Made by a program: the position numbers and the translations under genes
Notes under the pieces: generated by a model
Databases searched by the model: none
What the model saw: only the letters and a program-made list of their open reading frames with translations
What the model was told of the DNA's origin: nothing
Shown here: one piece after another, positions 48,314 through 57,868 of the stretch
How positions within the stretch are numbered: the first letter of the stretch is position 1
How the letters are laid out: the number at the start of each line of letters is the position of its first letter
IMG/VR virus record: IMGVR_UViG_3300022752_000025
Location: 68,274-132,273 of that record
From: a virus
Length of the DNA: 64,000 bases
Strand: one strand, 5' to 3'

Positions 48314-48729
48314 GATTATTAAATATTAACGGAAAACTCGTTAATAAAAATGTAAGAAATTATGAGATAAGTTGGGAAGGCAAAAGCAGGAGCAAATTAC
48401 AATTTAAATTTAAACAATTTTTTTATCCATATTGGAAAAATCATATTGTTTATGAAGAATTCCCAGTTTATGGAACAATGCTTAAAGTTGACATATTAAA
48501 TGCAACAAAAAAAATAGCAGTTGAAATACAAGGCAATCAGCACGAATCCTTTAATGAGTTTTTCCATGATCACTCTAGATTAAAATATTTACAGAGCATT
48601 AAAAGAGATGTAAAAAAAGAAAAATGGCTAGAAATGAACGGATTTAAATTTTTAGAACTTTATGAGAATGATTTAAAAAATCTATCACCACAATATATAG
48701 AAGAAAAATGTGGAATTTTAATTATTTAA
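48310..48729 (+). CDS. Vsr/DUF559-like endonuclease
   Basis: VDI...IAVEIQGNQH...RDVKKEKW. Confidence 0.75.
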   Translation: MRLLNINGKLVNKNVRNYEISWEGKSRSKLQFKFKQFFYPYWKNHIVYEEFPVYGTMLKVDILNATKKIAVEIQGNQHESFNEFFHDHSRLKYLQSIKRDVKKEKWLEMNGFKFLELYENDLKNLSPQYIEEKCGILII

Positions 48730-48741
48730 GTGTAAAATTAT

Positions 48742-49029
48742 TTGGTGACAAATAAGAAAAAAAGTTTTAAAATACCAGATTCTTTATTAAAGCAAATTGA
48801 TGAATGTAGCTTTGGAGGATATATACTTTTTAATTTTTCAAGCAAAGGTGAACCACAAGTATTTACAAAATTTGACAACCAAATAAATGCTATGGCACTT
48901 TTATATTATGTTAATAATTGGAGTCAAAGCGTTGATCAATTAAATTTAGAAGCTACAACTAATCAGATAGCTAAAATAAATGAAAAAGAAGATTTTGACG
49001 AAGACCAAGACGGCGATAAAGACGAATAA
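48742..49029 (+). CDS. hypothetical protein with acidic tail
   Basis: GTGTAA upstream at 48730-48735. Confidence 0.6.
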   Translation: MVTNKKKSFKIPDSLLKQIDECSFGGYILFNFSSKGEPQVFTKFDNQINAMALLYYVNNWSQSVDQLNLEATTNQIAKINEKEDFDEDQDGDKDE

Positions 49030-49080
49030 ATATTATAAAACTTGACTTTTTATTCTTAAAATGGTAGTATAGACTACTAA

Positions 49081-50565
49081 ATGATATTCTCTTTGCAAGT
49101 AGAAAGACATGTTTTAAGTGGTTTATTAAAACATCAAGATTTATTCGCTGATATTGATATATTTTTATCAGAAAATGATTTTTATAATGATGTACATTCT
49201 ACAATATATACAGTATTTAAAAATATTAAACATAAAGGCGGATCAGTAGATAAAGTTTTATTGGCAGAAAAAATTAAAAATCTAGGAATATCTTTTAAAG
49301 ATGAAATAAATATATTTGATTATATTGATAATTTAACATTCTCTCAAATAACAGAACAAGCCACAATGGAAGCTTGCAAAGAATTAATTAGACTAAGAGT
49401 AAGAAGAGAAATATCTCAAACAGCAGATAAATTAAAAGATTATGTAAATAAAAACTCAGAAGATTCTTTAGATGAAATCATTGGTAAGATAGATCAAATT
49501 TATAATAAAAAAATATCATCATATTCAGAAAATGATGTACCAATCAATATTTTTGATCAAGTAGAAGATTTAATTGAAGAGATAGGAAATTCGCCAAAAG
49601 ATGAAACAGGTTTAATTACTCCATATAACGAATTTAATAGAATGTATGGCGGTTTAAAAAATGGAAATATATACGCAATAGCGAGTAGACCTGGACAAGG
49701 AAAATCAACATGGTTAAATGATATATGCTTCAAAACTTCTATAAATCCCAAAAATAAAACAAAAACTTTGATATTAGACACTGAAATGCAAACAATAGAT
49801 ATTCAATTAAGAATGGTAGCATCTTTAACGGATGTACCAGTATGGTATCTTGAAACTGGAAATTGGCGAAAAAATGAAGAAATGACTCGAAAAGTAAGAG
49901 AAGCTTGGGCAAAAGTAAAAAATTATGAATATTTTCATTATCATGTAGGAAATAAAAATATAGATCAGATTTGCTCTATTATAAGAAGATGGTATCTTTC
50001 AAAGGTTGGAAGAGGTAATCAAGCGATGATTGCTTATGATTACATTAAATTAACTGGAGAAAAAGTAGGTCAAAATTGGGCAGAACATCAAGCGATTGGA
50101 GAAAAAATAGATAAATTAAAAAGAATCTCAGAAGAAATTCATTGCCCAATTGTAACGGCGATGCAATTAAATAGAACTGGAGAAAATTTTAATAGAAACT
50201 CTTCAAATGTTGTAGATGATAGTTCGGTTATATCATTATCAGATAGATTACAATGGTTTGCGTCATTTGTAGCTATTTTTAGAAGAAAAACTGTTGATGA
50301 AATATCTTTAGATGGACAAGCATTTGGCACTCATAAGTTAATACCAACAAAAACTAGATTTCAAGGTAAAGACGCAGCAGGACATCAAGATTTAATTAGA
50401 AGATTAGATTCTGGTGGTAAAGAAATTTGGGCACAAAATTATCTCAATTATCAAGTTACAAATTTTAATATAGAAGAAAGAGGATCATTGAGAGATGTGG
50501 CCCAACACCAAAGAGAGCAGTATCAATTAAATGATACAAACCCAAATGATGGAGAATTATTATGA
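49081..50565 (+). CDS. dnaB: replicative DnaB-like helicase
   Basis: ASRPGQGKST, DTEM, YDYIKL, AMQLNR, KTRF. Confidence 0.92.
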   Translation: MIFSLQVERHVLSGLLKHQDLFADIDIFLSENDFYNDVHSTIYTVFKNIKHKGGSVDKVLLAEKIKNLGISFKDEINIFDYIDNLTFSQITEQATMEACKELIRLRVRREISQTADKLKDYVNKNSEDSLDEIIGKIDQIYNKKISSYSENDVPINIFDQVEDLIEEIGNSPKDETGLITPYNEFNRMYGGLKNGNIYAIASRPGQGKSTWLNDICFKTSINPKNKTKTLILDTEMQTIDIQLRMVASLTDVPVWYLETGNWRKNEEMTRKVREAWAKVKNYEYFHYHVGNKNIDQICSIIRRWYLSKVGRGNQAMIAYDYIKLTGEKVGQNWAEHQAIGEKIDKLKRISEEIHCPIVTAMQLNRTGENFNRNSSNVVDDSSVISLSDRLQWFASFVAIFRRKTVDEISLDGQAFGTHKLIPTKTRFQGKDAAGHQDLIRRLDSGGKEIWAQNYLNYQVTNFNIEERGSLRDVAQHQREQYQLNDTNPNDGELL

Positions 50566-51218
50566 ATGTAGAATTAATTTCAATTACAAGACCTAAAATA
50601 AAAAATATTGAAAAAGCAGAAGATCTTGTTGCATATTGCGCCAGAGTTAGTAATCCATCTAATCAAATGAATATTGAAACAGCTCCAAAATTATTAAAAT
50701 TTCTTATCAAACATAAACATTGGTCGCCATTTGAAATGGTTGATATGACTGTGGAAATTAAAACAAGCAGAGCGGTTGCGGCTCAAATCTTAAGGCATAG
50801 ATCATTTAGTTTTCAAGAATTTAGCCAAAGATATAGCGTTGCAAATGAATTTGAAGATATAGAACTTAGACTACAAGGCGATAAAAACAGACAAGTTGGA
50901 GAGAAACTACTCCCAACTGGGACAGATGCCTATGATAAAATAAGTCAACTTTTAGTAGAATCTTTATCATTATCACAACATTGCTATGATACAATGATTG
51001 AAAATGGAATTGCGAAAGAAATAGCAAGAATGGTTTTACCATTAACTACTCAAACTACAATGTACATGAAAGGATCGTTGAGAAGCTGGATTCATTACCT
51101 TGAATTAAGGACAGAGCAAAACACTCAAAAAGAGCACAGAATAATTGCAGAAAAATGTAAAAAAATTTTTATAAAAGAATTCCCAATAATTAGTGAGGCT
51201 TTAGAATGGACGAACTAA
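50562..51218 (+). CDS. thyX: FAD-dependent thymidylate synthase
   Basis: HWSPFE, QILRHRSFSFQEFSQRY, ARMVLP, LR...TQKEH. Confidence 0.96.
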   Translation: MNVELISITRPKIKNIEKAEDLVAYCARVSNPSNQMNIETAPKLLKFLIKHKHWSPFEMVDMTVEIKTSRAVAAQILRHRSFSFQEFSQRYSVANEFEDIELRLQGDKNRQVGEKLLPTGTDAYDKISQLLVESLSLSQHCYDTMIENGIAKEIARMVLPLTTQTTMYMKGSLRSWIHYLELRTEQNTQKEHRIIAEKCKKIFIKEFPIISEALEWTN

Positions 51219-52111
51219 ATGTTTATCAAATCCTAACAGATTTAGGATATAAGTTAAAAGATTATGGCAAAGAATACAGAGCTAAACCTCTTTATAGAGA
51301 AAGTGATAATGATACAGTTTTAAAAATATACAAAGATTCTGGACATTGGTTTGATTTTAAAGAAAATATTAGCGGAGACTTTACTTCGTTAATAAACATG
51401 ACTTTAAAATTAGAAGATCAAGAAAAAGCTAAAGAATGGTTAAAAAATAAAAACTTTACTTTTTATAAACCAATAGAAAACGAAAAACCAAAACTAAAAT
51501 CTACAAAAAAATTTGATATTGAAATTTTATCAAAACTAGAAAATGATCAGACATATTGGATTAATAGAGGAATAAAAGATGATACCCTAAAAATGTTTGA
51601 AGGTGGCGTAGCAAAAAATGGAAAAATGAAAAATAGGTATGTTTTTCCAATTTTTAATTATAAAAAAGATTTAATTGGATTCTCTGGTAGAGATGTAACT
51701 AATTTATCTAAAATAAAATGGAAACATTTAGGAGAAAAGAATGACTTTTTATATCCATTATTTTTGAATTCATCTGAAATACAAAATCAGAAAGAAATTA
51801 TACTTATTGAAAGCATTGGCGATATGTTAAGTTTATATCAAGCTGGAGTTAAAAATGTTTTAGTTACATTTGGGACAAATTTAAGTTTATCTATATTAAA
51901 TTATTGTTTAAAAATAGATATCAAAAAAATTTATATAAGTTTAAATAATGATTCAAATAAAAATAATGCTGGAAATATTGCTGCAGAAAAAACTTATGCA
52001 AGATTAAAAAGATATTTTGATGATAAACAACTTAAAATATCTTTACCAATAAAAAAAGATTTTGGAGAAATGACAAAAGAAGAAATTTTACAATGGAAAA
52101 CAAATCTTTAA
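51206..52111 (+). CDS. DnaG-like primase (Toprim), zinc-finger cysteines lost
   Basis: RYVFPI..GFSGR, LIESIGD, FGT, NND..GN, KDFGE. Confidence 0.85.
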   Translation: MDELNVYQILTDLGYKLKDYGKEYRAKPLYRESDNDTVLKIYKDSGHWFDFKENISGDFTSLINMTLKLEDQEKAKEWLKNKNFTFYKPIENEKPKLKSTKKFDIEILSKLENDQTYWINRGIKDDTLKMFEGGVAKNGKMKNRYVFPIFNYKKDLIGFSGRDVTNLSKIKWKHLGEKNDFLYPLFLNSSEIQNQKEIILIESIGDMLSLYQAGVKNVLVTFGTNLSLSILNYCLKIDIKKIYISLNNDSNKNNAGNIAAEKTYARLKRYFDDKQLKISLPIKKDFGEMTKEEILQWKTNL

Positions 52112-53076
52112 AAATTTTATCTGCCTCTAGAATAAAAACTCTTGAAACTTGTTCTTGGGTTTATTGGAATAATTATCACGCTAAAATTCCACAAACTCAA
52201 AATGATGGCGCACTCAGAGGAACAATTTGCCATACAATTTTTGAACTTTTATTAAATCCAAAGCATAAATCTCATTATAATAAAATTATAAAAAATAATT
52301 CAATTAAAGGAAGTAAGCCAATAACAAGATTGGTCAAAAAATTAAAAGCAAAAGTTGGATTAGACGAATCAAATTTTGAAATTTTAGATCAAATGATTAT
52401 GGTTGGATTAAAACATGATTTTTTTGGAGAAAAAGATGGCAAAATAGTATCTCCAGAATATGCATTTGAAATTAAGAACGATATCCCAAAATATCATATT
52501 AAGGGTTTTATTGATAAGCCAATTAAATCAAAAAATAAAATGGTTATAATTGACTATAAAAGCTCTAAAGCTAAATTCAAGGGAGATGACCTTGAGGCAA
52601 ATATTCAAGCCATGATGTATAGTCTTGCTAGTTTAAAATTATGGCCTAAACTTAAACCAATAGTAAGATTTTTATTTTTAAGATTTCCAAAACAACCAAT
52701 ACAGGAATTACAATTCACCGAAGAACAAATAAAAGGTTTTGAGCATTATTTAGAACACATAAATAATTACATAAATGAATTTGACGAAAAAGCTGCTCAA
52801 GCAAATTTCGCAGCAGATAATGATAAAAATAAATGGATGTGTGGTATCGGCAACTGGAAATGTCCATATAAAGATTCTTATGAATATTATGTTAAATTAA
52901 ATAAAAATGGCGAAATAATTGAAACAAGCTTAAATAATGATTTTAAAAATTCAGAAGGATTCTCAATAGAGAAGAGGGTATACGATGGATGCCCAAGGTT
53001 TAAAAAATCAGAAATAAAAGATGATTTTCTTGATATTCAAAATAATAATAAAATTAAAGATGATTTTCTGGATTGA
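52093..53076 (+). CDS. PD-(D/E)xK (RecB/Cas4-like) exonuclease
   Basis: LSASRI...C, GTICH, GFIDK..IIDYKS, Q..MY, C-terminal Cys cluster. Confidence 0.85.
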   Translation: MENKSLKILSASRIKTLETCSWVYWNNYHAKIPQTQNDGALRGTICHTIFELLLNPKHKSHYNKIIKNNSIKGSKPITRLVKKLKAKVGLDESNFEILDQMIMVGLKHDFFGEKDGKIVSPEYAFEIKNDIPKYHIKGFIDKPIKSKNKMVIIDYKSSKAKFKGDDLEANIQAMMYSLASLKLWPKLKPIVRFLFLRFPKQPIQELQFTEEQIKGFEHYLEHINNYINEFDEKAAQANFAADNDKNKWMCGIGNWKCPYKDSYEYYVKLNKNGEIIETSLNNDFKNSEGFSIEKRVYDGCPRFKKSEIKDDFLDIQNNNKIKDDFLD

Positions 53077-53108
53077 TTTTTGTTTAAATTCATGGTAAAT
53101 TAATTAGA

Positions 53109-53855
53109 ATGATACCATTATTCAAGTCGCATTATTCTCTTGGAAGATCTATTTTAACTTTAGAGGATAAAAAAGAAGAGGATGACTATCCAGATTCAAT
53201 TATTCAAATCTGTAATAAAAATAAATTCAAAGAACTATTCTTGGTTGAAGATAATATGTCTTCATTTTTGGAGGCATATTCTAATTGTAAATCTAATAAT
53301 ATTAAATTAACTTATGGGGTTAGAATATCTATTACAGAATCTTTATCTGAAAAAACAGAAGAATCTAGAATGAAAACCTCAAAAATTATTATTTTTGCTA
53401 AAAATAAAAATGGACATGAATTATTAACTAAATTATATAGTATTGCTGCAAAATCAGGTTTTTATTATGAGCCAAGGCTTGACTATGATACTTTAAAATC
53501 TAATTGGACTGATGATTTAGTATTGGCTATTCCATTTTACGATTCATTTATATTTAATAATACGCTTAAAAATTATATATGCGTCCCACAATTTAGCTTT
53601 ACAAAACCAGTTGTATTTATTGAGGATAATGACTTACCTTTTGATCAAATTATAAAAGAAAAAATGAAGATATTTTGTGAAGAAAACGATTTGGATATTT
53701 TTAATACTAAAAGTATTTATTATAACAAAAAGTCTGATTTTAAAACTTATTTGACTTTCAGATGCATTAACAATAGAAGTACCCTAAATAAGCCAGAATT
53801 AGAGCATATGAGCAGTAACGAATTTTCATTTGAAAGTTTCTTGGAGAAAAAATAA
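53109..53855 (+). CDS. stand-alone PHP domain of DNA polymerase III alpha
   Basis: KSHYSLGRSI, IIFAKNKNG..L.KL.S, FYYEPRLD, matching the DnaE N-terminus. Confidence 0.85.
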   Translation: MIPLFKSHYSLGRSILTLEDKKEEDDYPDSIIQICNKNKFKELFLVEDNMSSFLEAYSNCKSNNIKLTYGVRISITESLSEKTEESRMKTSKIIIFAKNKNGHELLTKLYSIAAKSGFYYEPRLDYDTLKSNWTDDLVLAIPFYDSFIFNNTLKNYICVPQFSFTKPVVFIEDNDLPFDQIIKEKMKIFCEENDLDIFNTKSIYYNKKSDFKTYLTFRCINNRSTLNKPELEHMSSNEFSFESFLEKK

Positions 53856-53856
53856 A

Positions 53857-54495
53857 ATGGACGAGCATTTATTAAGATATAACAATTCAAAAAATTTAGT
53901 TTTTATTGATTGCGAAACTTTTAATTTGTGTTTAAATTATTGCCATAATATTCCTTGGCAAATAGCCATGATTAAAGTAAAAGGTGATAAGAAAATAGAT
54001 GAAAAAAACTTTTATTTAAAATGGAAAACCGAATTAAAAATAAGTCAAGACGCGGCTAAGATAACAAGATATGACCATAAAAAAGTCCAAAAAGAAGGAG
54101 AGGACCCAAAAGAAATTTTTCCTACAATAAAAGATTGGCTTGATAATGCTGATTATATTATTGGACATAATATATTAGGATTTGATCTTTATTTAATAAA
54201 AGAATATTATAAATTAATGGGGTGCAAATGGCAACATCTTATTAATAAATTTATTGATACAAACGCATTAGCCAGAGGAATAAAATATGGCATACCTTAT
54301 AATTCAAAAGAAAATTTAATAGAATATCAATATAAAATTTATCATACAAAAAAGAAAAATATAAGAAGTTCGCTTACGGTTTTAGGTAAAGAAAATGGGA
54401 TTGAACACGATTATGATAAACTGCATGACGCTATAAATGATCTTGACTTAAATTTAAAAGTATGGAATAAATTAAAATGGCAAATCGAGGTATAA
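53857..54495 (+). CDS. DEDDh 3'-5' exonuclease (DnaQ-like)
   Basis: FIDCET, GHNILGFD, IDT, LHDAINDL; start moved to ATG 53857. Confidence 0.88.
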   Translation: MDEHLLRYNNSKNLVFIDCETFNLCLNYCHNIPWQIAMIKVKGDKKIDEKNFYLKWKTELKISQDAAKITRYDHKKVQKEGEDPKEIFPTIKDWLDNADYIIGHNILGFDLYLIKEYYKLMGCKWQHLINKFIDTNALARGIKYGIPYNSKENLIEYQYKIYHTKKKNIRSSLTVLGKENGIEHDYDKLHDAINDLDLNLKVWNKLKWQIEV

Positions 54496-54496
54496 T

Positions 54497-54712
54497 ATGG
54501 CTTCACTAGATGATATATATGATATGGTCCAAAAATTAGACGATTCTAATATAGAATATCTTTTAATCACTGTTCAAAAAGGTAAAAAAAATGGCAAGGC
54601 AGATATTTTTTATTCCTTAAAAGATAAAAACTCAATGAGAATATTAACTCATGGATTAAATCAATTTAGTAAAGAGATAGATAAATTAGATGATGAAGGA
54701 AAATTTGAATAA
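54497..54712 (+). CDS. small hypothetical protein
   Basis: 71-aa ORF between the exonuclease and DnaE. Confidence 0.6.
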   Translation: MASLDDIYDMVQKLDDSNIEYLLITVQKGKKNGKADIFYSLKDKNSMRILTHGLNQFSKEIDKLDDEGKFE

Positions 54713-57290
54713 AATTAAATCTTATAAAGATTTTTCTTCTAAATTTGAAGAAATAGATCTAGGTCTTCATGGCGTAAGATTACCAGAATTTAATATAGAT
54801 AAATCCTATAAAAGGCATTTAAATTTAAGTGAAGACGCTTCTAATTATGAATTTCTTAGAGCATTAGCTTTAAATGGATTTAAAAATCTAAATATAGATA
54901 AAAATTCATCAGATTATAAAAAATATGTAGATCGCGCCAAGCATGAATTAGATACGTTAAAAGAACTAGGATTTATTGATTATATTTTGTTAGTATGGGA
55001 CGTAATTAATTACTGCAAAGAAAATAACATACCAATTGGTTTAGGTAGAGGCTCTGCGGCAGGATCACTAATACTTTATCTAGTTGGAGTTACAAGAATT
55101 GATCCAGTTAAATATGATCTTTATTTTGAAAGATTTATATCCAAGATTAGGGCTAAAAAGCAAGTAATTGATGGAATAACATATTTAGATGGCAGTTTAA
55201 TGTGCGACGTAGACCTTGATATTTGTTATTATAATCGTCATAAAGTTCTAGAATATTTAGAAAATAAATTTAAAGGTAAAACTAGCAAGATTTTAACTTT
55301 AAATACTCTTAGTGGAAAACTTCTTATAAAAGAATGCGGCAAAATTGTCGCAGAAAAAACAGAAGAAGAGATGACAACCATATCATCATTAATACCTAAA
55401 ATATACGGACAAGTTAAAGATATCACTACTGCTTATGAAGAAATACAAAAATTTAAAGAATGGTGCGATGAAAATAAAGAAGCATACCAAATAGCTTTAA
55501 AATTAAGAGATTTAATTAAAAATAAAGGAGTGCATCCATCAGGAGTACTTCTTTCTTATGATGATTTAGAGAAAATTTGTCCTACAGAATTTTCTGGCGA
55601 CAAAGAAGCAGTATCTAGTTTTGATATGAATTGGGTAAGTTTATTTAATATAAAACTTGATATTCTTGGTTTAAGAAGCGTTTCAGTTGTGGATGATGTA
55701 TGTAAAAATATTTCAATTAAAATAGAAGAAATTGATCTTAATAATGAATCTATTTATAGAAATCTACAAGACTTACGTTCTCCCCATGGATTATTCCAAA
55801 TTGAAGCTGATACAAATTTTAGAGTATGCCAAAAAGTAAAACCTAAAAATCTAGAAGAGTTAAGTGCAGTTTTAGCTTTGGCTAGACCTGGAGCATTGCA
55901 ATTTGTAGAAAAATATGCAAAATATACTAATTACGGCGAATACGAATCGATACATCCATTTTTTGATGATATTTTAAAACAAACAGGTGGGGTCGCATTA
56001 TACCAAGAGCAATTAATGCAAATGGCTCATAAAATTGGTTTTTCTTTAGATGAGGCAGAAATTTTAAGAAGAATTGTAGGAAAAAAGAAAGTAGAAGAGA
56101 TTAAATCTTGGCAAAAAAAGATTCATCAAAAATGTAAAGAAAATAAATTACCAAAAGAAGTTGGAGAAATTCTATGGAAAATCATGGAAGATTCAGCAAA
56201 TTACTCATTTAATAAATCTCACTCTCTTGCTTACGCTGCCCTAGCCGCAGTAACTATATATCTTAAGTTTAATTATCCAAAAGAATTCTTTTTATCATTA
56301 TTAAAAATGAGTAGAAATGAGCCAGATCCAATTGGAGAAATTTCTAAAATACAAAAAGAAATGCATAATTTTGATATACAATTATTACCACCACATATTA
56401 TAAAATCTGAGATGGACTTCTCTATTGAAGATAAAAATATTAGATTTGGACTTTTGTCAATAAAAGGAATTAGCGATAAGTCAATAGAAAAACTTAATAG
56501 TTTTAGAAATAAATATTCAAATAAATTCGAGATATTTCAAGCCGCAGAAGAAGCGGATTTAAACATCGGTGTTTTATCAGCGTTAATTCAAGCTGGCGCA
56601 TTAAGCGGATTTAATCAATCTAGATCAAAGATTGTTCTAGAAGCTCAACTTTGGAATATTCTAAACTCAAAAGAAAAAAAATACTCTATATCTTTTGCTG
56701 ATAAATTCGACTACGATTTAATTAAAATAATTAAACATTTAAATAAATTTACAGACGAAAAAAATAACCCTATTATTAAAGATACTAGATTAAATACTAT
56801 TAAAAATAGATATGAACCATATCTTCAAATATATAATCAAAATAGTAAAAGCGAAGGTTTCGCTAATTGGTATTACGAGAAAAAGCTATTAGGATATACA
56901 TATAATAAATCTCTAAAAGATATTTTTAGTGAAAAAAGAGAAAATTTGGAATATATTTTAGATATTAAAGAAGAACCAATTAATACTAAAATAGCTTTCG
57001 TTGGTCAAATAGAAGAGATTTTTTCTGGAATTTCAAAAAGTGAAAAAAAGACAAGATATTTAAGATTAAAAATATCAGACGAAACATCTACAATATCATC
57101 ATTATTATTTAACGATAATATTGAAAATAATAAATTATTAAATAATTCTAAAAATTTCGAAGAAGGCAATATAGTAATAATAAAAGGTATTAAAAAAGAC
57201 GATTGCATATTTGCTGATTTAGTAGCTATACAAGATCAACATATTTATATGAAATTAAATGATCTTAAAAAGATAGAGAAAAATACTTGA
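54690..57290 (+). CDS. dnaE: DNA polymerase III alpha catalytic subunit lacking PHP domain
   Basis: GRGSAAGS, FERF, DVDLD, HPSG, KLDILGL, YQEQLM, YSFNKSHS, IRFGL, C-terminal OB fold. Confidence 0.95.
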   Translation: MMKENLNKIKSYKDFSSKFEEIDLGLHGVRLPEFNIDKSYKRHLNLSEDASNYEFLRALALNGFKNLNIDKNSSDYKKYVDRAKHELDTLKELGFIDYILLVWDVINYCKENNIPIGLGRGSAAGSLILYLVGVTRIDPVKYDLYFERFISKIRAKKQVIDGITYLDGSLMCDVDLDICYYNRHKVLEYLENKFKGKTSKILTLNTLSGKLLIKECGKIVAEKTEEEMTTISSLIPKIYGQVKDITTAYEEIQKFKEWCDENKEAYQIALKLRDLIKNKGVHPSGVLLSYDDLEKICPTEFSGDKEAVSSFDMNWVSLFNIKLDILGLRSVSVVDDVCKNISIKIEEIDLNNESIYRNLQDLRSPHGLFQIEADTNFRVCQKVKPKNLEELSAVLALARPGALQFVEKYAKYTNYGEYESIHPFFDDILKQTGGVALYQEQLMQMAHKIGFSLDEAEILRRIVGKKKVEEIKSWQKKIHQKCKENKLPKEVGEILWKIMEDSANYSFNKSHSLAYAALAAVTIYLKFNYPKEFFLSLLKMSRNEPDPIGEISKIQKEMHNFDIQLLPPHIIKSEMDFSIEDKNIRFGLLSIKGISDKSIEKLNSFRNKYSNKFEIFQAAEEADLNIGVLSALIQAGALSGFNQSRSKIVLEAQLWNILNSKEKKYSISFADKFDYDLIKIIKHLNKFTDEKNNPIIKDTRLNTIKNRYEPYLQIYNQNSKSEGFANWYYEKKLLGYTYNKSLKDIFSEKRENLEYILDIKEEPINTKIAFVGQIEEIFSGISKSEKKTRYLRLKISDETSTISSLLFNDNIENNKLLNNSKNFEEGNIVIIKGIKKDDCIFADLVAIQDQHIYMKLNDLKKIEKNT

Positions 57291-57322
57291 CATTATATTA
57301 AATAATATATATTATATAAAAT

Positions 57323-57868
57323 ATGATATCATTTTATAAACCTAATAGTAAAAATACTGGAACAGCTTGCAGTTTTAGCGTAAATCCAAAAGATGGCTCT
57401 GTATGGAGTTCATTAATTAAGCAAAGTGCATGGAATGAAAAAACAAAAACTGGATCATTTTCAGATAATAAAGACAACCCACAAAAAAGTGCTAGGATCA
57501 AATATTCATTAGCAGAAACAGCTGGTCTTTTAGAATGCTTGGATAAAAATACCGAATTCTCTGCTTATCATTCCTCAGATAAACAAGTAACTAAAATTAA
57601 ATTATCACCATATATAAAAGATGGAAAACAAGTTGGATTTTCTTATTCAGTCCTTAAAGAAAATAAGGATAATATAGAAAACAAACAATCCTATTTAATT
57701 GGATTTTATGCTAATGAAGCTAGACTTTTGAGAGAATTTTTGTCTTATTCATTAAGCACTGTCTTTGAGTCACAAAGAATTGAAAATATTAAAAAAATAA
57801 AAAACACAAAAGTTGCACAAAATACTAATTCATCTGAAGATAATTCAGATGATGGCGAGCTTTGGTAA
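57323..57868 (+). CDS. Whirly/PC4-like ssDNA-binding protein with acidic tail
   Basis: FYK...ACSF, KYSLAETAGLL, EF.AYH, GFSYSV, IGF..NEARLL; tail EDNSDDGELW; directly after dnaE. Confidence 0.5.
   Translation: MISFYKPNSKNTGTACSFSVNPKDGSVWSSLIKQSAWNEKTKTGSFSDNKDNPQKSARIKYSLAETAGLLECLDKNTEFSAYHSSDKQVTKIKLSPYIKDGKQVGFSYSVLKENKDNIENKQSYLIGFYANEARLLREFLSYSLSTVFESQRIENIKKIKNTKVAQNTNSSEDNSDDGELW

Noticed and set aside
52093-53076. Cas4 as part of a CRISPR system
   Set aside because: Stand-alone PD-(D/E)xK nuclease inside the replication block, a common phage arrangement; no array or other cas genes.
2626-57208. Short overlapping ORFs in the track (e.g. 2626+, 3166-, 11291-, 12465+, 13553+, 18120+, 18263+, 20325-, 27679-, 28588-, 29948-, 30985-, 31789-, 31875+, 32146-, 37544-, 40370-, 41090-, 42726-, 44158-, 47290-, 47797-, 49557-, 50139-, 55238-, 57005-)
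   Set aside because: They lie antisense or out of frame within better-supported genes and show no motifs; treated as shadows.
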